Below, in pieces: positions 56,220 to 64,000 of a stretch of DNA of 64,000 nt (its first letter is position 1; every line of letters starts with the position of its first letter). The position numbers and the translations under genes are program-made. The notes under the pieces are model-generated. The model saw only the letters and a program-made list of their open reading frames with translations. It was not told the origin of the DNA and did not search any database. Source of the DNA: the human T2T-CHM13v2.0 reference genome, Homo sapiens. The DNA lies in NCBI GenBank assembly GCA_009914755.4, contig CP086569.2, forward strand, positions 52,896,001 through 52,960,000. Reading direction: 5' to 3'.

Positions 56220-58314
56220 ATATTTTTTAAATGAAAAAAAATTTCAAAGGTACTCTGCTTGGTACAATAATCAAATGTATAAACTGAGGAATAAAACACA
56301 ACCATGAAACCTACTTATAACTGCATATGGAAAATACAGAGGATAATTTTTTAAATAACATATTTTGAAAACCTTAACTAGTAATTTGAAGAGCTGGCAT
56401 TTGAAAGGCCAGTATGAATATACCTTCAAAGCAGCAACACAGGTTCCCCATGAGAAAAAGCAAACACAGGGAAAATAAAAACACAAAGGTTCAATCTCTT
56501 CTGACCTTTGAAAGACACAGCACAGACAGTGGTCCTTAGGACGAAGAGCAGGAGACCCCTAATTCCGTCACCATGGCGATAGGGCATAAACATTGCTGGG
56601 TGAGGGCACAATCCACATTGTGAGGTCCAACTGCTGCCAGGAAGACAGGAGTGCTTTTACATAGACCGAAAGGTCATTGAAGGCTCAGAGTTTTGTTTCA
56701 AGAACTGAATCCCAAGCCCACACGTTATTAGGCTGCGCTTCTTAAAACAAGTTATGAGATGGGAAAAAGGGCACCCACAAACATACGTATACATTATGTA
56801 TATAATAATATACAGTATCATATATATAATATATATAACCTATGTATAATATTGTTTTACATCCTGCATCTTATGTTATATATATTGTATAAAATACAAT
56901 AATTGATAACATATAAGTTTTATAATTATACAATATGACATATAGTATATATTATAATTTATGACATATATAATATATGTTATATGTCATATATAGAATA
57001 TATTATACGGTTAATATACGTATTAAATATAAATTATACATTATATATATTTTATATAATATATCTGTTATATATAATAACCATTATGCATAATATATAT
57101 ATTATGTCTATGTTATATATAGTATAAAACAACATATAATAATATATAATTGTATATATAAAATGCGACATATAATATATATTATATTTTATAACATATG
57201 TAATATATATTTTATATTATATATAATACGTTGTATGTATAATACCTATATTAAATATATATTATATGACTATGTTATTAATTACATGTCACATGTGTTA
57301 TATATTATATATTTTACATAGAATATACCGGTTACATACAATATATACTATGTTACCTATAATGTATAATTTATTACATGTAAAATAAAGAATGCAATAT
57401 ATTATGTAAAATTTATAATATACCATATGTGAAATGTGATATATATAACATATAATATATGATATATGATATACAGTGTATGATATATAACATACAATAT
57501 ATGATTCCTAATATATATGGTATACAATATATATTTTATGATATGTATTCTATATGTTTTATATTCTGTTATATATAACTATTTGAAATTATATATAACT
57601 GTATAATATTTTATGTAAATATGTAATATAATATATATAACTATATAATATATTTTATATAACTATATATTGTTATATATACTTTTATAACATAATTTAC
57701 ATAAAATATCATAATATAATATATATTATATTATTTCATATTACATAATATATATTACATATCACCCAATATAACTAACATACATAATATTATAATATAG
57801 ATTATATTATGTTATATTAAATATCATATATATCATGTATCATATATTCTATAATATATATTACACATTATATAATATGTATGTTGTCTATTATGTGATA
57901 TATATAACTATATATAATTATATTTTTATACATATAACTAGATAAACATGTAATTCTACATATTTTCATTTATAATATGTAGAATTATATAATCATATAT
58001 AAATATTTATATTCTATAAAAAATTTTATCATTATATAAATTATAATATATAAAAATTATAATATGTACTACAAATATATATATTATATATCATATATGC
58101 TATAGTACCTTTGTTATATATCATAATACATATAAATGTGTATTATGTTATCTATAATTATATAATTTCATATATACGTTGTATAATATGTATCATATAT
58201 TATATATGTTATGTAATATATATAGTATATATAAGATGACACAGGATAAATATTATATACTATGACATATAAAATATATGAGGTTATATGTTACATATAA
58301 GGCATAGCACATAA

Positions 58315-58635
<321 letters not shown>

Positions 58636-60734
58636 ATATTTTTTAAATGAAAAAAAATTTCAAAGGTACTCTGCTTGGTACAATAATCAAATGTATAAAC
58701 TGAGGAATAAAACATAACCATGAAACCTACTTATAACTGCATATGGAAAATACAGAGGATAATTTTTTAAATAACATATTTTGAAAGCCTTAACTAGTAA
58801 TTTGAAGAGTTGGCATTTGAAAGGCCAGTATGAATATACCTTCAAAGCAGCAACACAGGTTCCCCATGAGAAAAAGCAAACACAGGGAAAATAAAACCAC
58901 AAAGGTTCAATCTCTTCTGACCTTTGAAAGACACAGCACAGACACTGGTCCTTAGGACGAAGAGCAGGAGACCCCTAATTCCGTCACCATGGCGATAGGG
59001 CATAAACATTGCTGGGTGAGGGCACAATCCACATTGTGAGGTCCAACTGCTGCCAGGAAGACAGGAGTGCTTTTACATAGACCGAAAGGTCATTGAAGGC
59101 TCAGAGTTTTGTTTCAAGAACTGAATCCCAAGCCCACACGTTATTAGGCTGCGCTTCTTAAAACAGGTTATGAGATGGGAAAAAGGGCACCCACAAACAT
59201 ACGTATACATTATGTATATAATAATATACAGTATCATATATATAATATATATAACCTATGTATAATATTGTTTTACATCCTGCATCTTATGTTATATATA
59301 TTGTATAAAATATAATAATTGATAATATATAAGTTTTAAAATTATACAATATGACATATAGTATATATTATAATTTATGACATATATAATATATGTTATA
59401 TATCATATATAGAACATATTATACGGTTAATATACGTATTAAATATAAATTATATATTATATATATTATATATAATATATCTGTTATATATAATACCCAT
59501 TATGCATAATATATATATTATGTCTATGTTATATATAGTATAAAACAACATATAATAATATATAATTGTATATAGAAAACGCGACATATAATATATATTA
59601 TATTTTATGACATATGTAATATATATTATATATTATATAAAATACGTTGTATGTATAATACCTATATTAAATATATATTATATGACTATGTTATTAATTA
59701 CATATCACATATGTTATATATTATATATTTTACATAGAATATACCGGTTACATACAATATATACTATGTTACCTATAATGTATAATTGATTACATGTAAA
59801 ATAAAGAATGCAATATATTATATATAATTTATAATATACAATATGTGGAATGTGATATATATAACATATAATATATGATATATGATATACAGTATATGAT
59901 ATATAACATACAATATATGATTCCTAATATATATGTTATACAATATATATTTTATGATATGTATTCTATATGTTTTATATTCTGTTATATATAACTATTT
60001 GAAATTATATATAACTGTATAATATTTTATGTAAATATGTAATATAATATATATAACTATATAATATATTATATATAACTATATATTATGTTATATATAA
60101 TTTTATAACATAATTTACATAAAATATCATAATATAATATATATTATATTATTTCATATTACATAATATATATTAAATATCACCCAATATAACTAACATA
60201 CATAATATTATAATATAGATTATATTATATTATATTAAATATCATATATATCATGTATCATATATTCTATAATATATATTACACATTATATAATATGTAT
60301 GTTGTCTAATATGTGATATATATAACTATATATATAATTATATTTTTAAACATATAACTAGATAAACATGTAATTCTACATATTTTCATTTATAATATGT
60401 AGAATTATATAATCATATATAAATATTTATATTCTATAAAAAATTTTATCATTATATAAATTATAATATATAAAAATTATAATATGTACTACAAATATAT
60501 ATATTATATATCATATATGATATAGTACCTTTGTTATATATCATAATACATGTAAATGTGTATTATGTTATCTATAATTATATAATTTCATATATAAGAT
60601 GTATAATATGTATCATATATTATATATGTTATGTAATATATATAATATATATAAGATGACACAGGATAAATATTATATACTATGACATATAAAATATATG
60701 AGGTTATATGTTACATATAAGGCATAGCACATAA

Positions 60735-61055
<321 letters not shown>

Positions 61056-63154
61056 ATATTTTTTAAATGAAAAAAAATTTCAAAGGTACTCTGCTTGGTA
61101 CAATAATCAAATGTATAAACTGAGGAATAAAACATAACCATGAAACCTACTTATAACTGCATATGGAAAATACAGAGGATAATTTTTTAAATAACATATT
61201 TTGAAAGCCTTAACTAGTAATTTGAAGAGCTGGCATTTGAAAGGCCTGTATGAATATACCTTCAAAGCAGCAACACAGGTTCCCCATGAGAAAAAGCAAA
61301 CACAGGGAAAATAAAAACACAAAGGTTCAATCTCTTCTGACCTTTGAAAGACACAGCACAGACAGTGGTCCTTAGGACGAAGAGCAGGAGACCCCTAATT
61401 CCGTCACCATGGCGATAGGGCATAAACATTGCTGGGTGAGGGCACAATCCACATTGTGAAGTCCAACTGCTGCCAGGAAGACAGGAGTGCTTTTACATAG
61501 ACCGAAAGGTCATTGAAGGCTCAGAGTTTTGTTTCAAGAACTGAATCCCAAGCCCACACGTTATTAGGCTGCGCTTCTTAAAACAGGTTATGAGATGGGA
61601 AAAAGGGCACCCACAAACATACGTATACATTATGTATATAATAATATACAGTATCATATATATAATATATATAACCTATGTATAATATTGTTTTACATCC
61701 TGCATCTTATGTTATATATATTGTATAAAATATAATAATTGATAATATATAAGTTTTAAAATTATACAATATGACATATAGTATATATTATAATTTATGA
61801 CATATATAATATATGTTATATATCATATATAGAACATATTATACGGTTAATATACGTATTAAATATAAATTATATATTATATATATTATATATAATATAT
61901 CTGTTATATATAATACCCATTATGCATAATATATATATTATGTCTATGTTATATATAGTATAAAACAACATATAATAATATATAATTGTATGTAGAAAAC
62001 GCGACATATAATATATATTATATTTTATGACATATGTAATATATATTATATATTATATAAAATACGTTGTATGTATAATACCTATATTAAATATATATTA
62101 TATGACTATGTTATTAATTACATATCACATATGTTATATATTATATATTTTACATAGAATATACCGGTTACATACAATATATACTATGTTACCTATAATG
62201 TATAATTGATTACATGTAAAATAAAGAATGCAATATATTATATATAATTTATAATATACAATATGTGGAATGTGATATATATAACATATAATATATGATA
62301 TATGATATACAGTATATGATATATAACATACAATATATGATTCCTAATATATATGTTATACAATATATATTTTATGATATGTATTCTATATGTTTTATAT
62401 TCTGTTATATATAACTATTTGAAATTATATATAACTGTATAATATTTTATGTAAATATGTAATATAATATATATAACTATATAATATATTATATATAACT
62501 ATATATTATGTTATATATAATTTTATAACATAATTTACATAAAATATCATAATATAATATATATTATATTATTTCATATTACATAATATATATTAAATAT
62601 CACCCAATATAACTAACATACATAATATTATAATATAGATTATATTATATTATATTAAATATCATATATATCATGTATCATATATTCTATAATATATATT
62701 ACACATTATATAATATGTATGTTGTCTAATATGTGATATATATAACTATATATATAATTATATTTTTATACATATAACTAGATAAACATGTAATTCTACA
62801 TATTTTCATTTATAATATGTAGAATTATATAATCATATATAAATATTTATATTCTATAAAAAATTTTATCATTATATAAATTATAATATATAAAAATTAT
62901 AATATGTACTACAAATATATATATTATATATCATATATGATATAGTACCTTTGTTATATATCATAATACATGTAAATGTGTATTATGTTATCTATAATTA
63001 TATAATTTCATATATAAGATGTATAATATGTATCATATATTATATATGTTATGTAATATATATAATATATATAAGATGACACAGGATAAATATTATATAC
63101 TATGACATATAAAATATATGAGGTTATATGTTACATATAAGGCATAGCACATAA

Positions 63155-63475
<321 letters not shown>

Positions 63476-64000
63476 ATATTTTTTAAATGAAAAAAAATTT
63501 CAAAGGTACTCTGCTTGGTACAATAATCAAATGTATAAACTGAGGAATAAAACATAACCATGAAACCTACTTATAACTGCATATGGAAAATACAGAGGAT
63601 AATTTTTTAAATAACATATTTTGAAAGCCTTAACTAGTAATTTGAAGAGCTGGCATTTGAAAGGCCTGTATGAATATACCTTCAAAGCAGCAACACAGGT
63701 TCCCCATGAGAAAAAGCAAACACAGGGAAAATAAAAACACAAAGGTTCAATCTCTTCTGACCTTTGAAAGACACAGCACAGACAGTGGTCCTTAGGACGA
63801 AGAGCAGGAGACCCCTAATTCCGTCACCATGGCGATAGGGCATAAACATTGCTGGGTGAGGGCACAATCCACATTGTGAAGTCCAACTGCTGCCAGGAAG
63901 ACAGGAGTGCTTTTACATAGACCGAAAGGTCATTGAAGGCTCAGAGTTTTGTTTCAAGAACTGAATCCCAAGCCCACACGTTATTAGGCTGCGCTTCTTA

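Overview
Part 1: the whole 64 kb window is a primate (human-type) tandem macrosatellite. It holds 27 head-to-tail copies of a ~2.42 kb unit (25 complete, partial at both window edges). The array runs off both ends of the window, and there is no flanking single-copy DNA. Each unit has three modules. (i) An old, full-length AluS/Y-lineage element sits in antisense orientation (~298 bp). Nearly all of its CpGs have decayed, and it carries a 16-bp internal duplication. (ii) A ~565 bp moderately GC module of unrecognised origin follows, and every minus-strand ORF in the supplied track lies inside it. (iii) A ~1.55 kb module is extremely AT/TA-rich (roughly 80-85% A+T by eye), low-complexity but with a fixed sequence. 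Units are ~97-99.5% identical to one another. This architecture (2.4-2.5 kb unit, one Alu per unit, long AT-rich body) matches what I recall of the male-specific 2.47 kb HaeIII/DYZ2 family, also called HSat1B, of human Yq12, with smaller HSat1B blocks on acrocentric short arms. I consider that the most likely identity, but it cannot be confirmed without a database search. Other variant features: one unit (9857-12556) carries a young, CpG-intact, 5'-truncated AluY/Sc-like insertion with a poly-A tail and a 12-bp target-site duplication (TSD). A second unit (36741-38984) has a ~175 bp microhomology-flanked deletion. The array is a mosaic of unit subtypes, with runs of near-identical neighbours that point to recent unequal exchange. 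I see no protein-coding genes, no tRNA or rRNA, and nothing prokaryotic such as CRISPR arrays or defence operons. The short ORFs in the track are by-products of the repeated unit.

Part 2: I found no evidence for a novel biological system. The points worth a second look are structural variants inside a probably known satellite.
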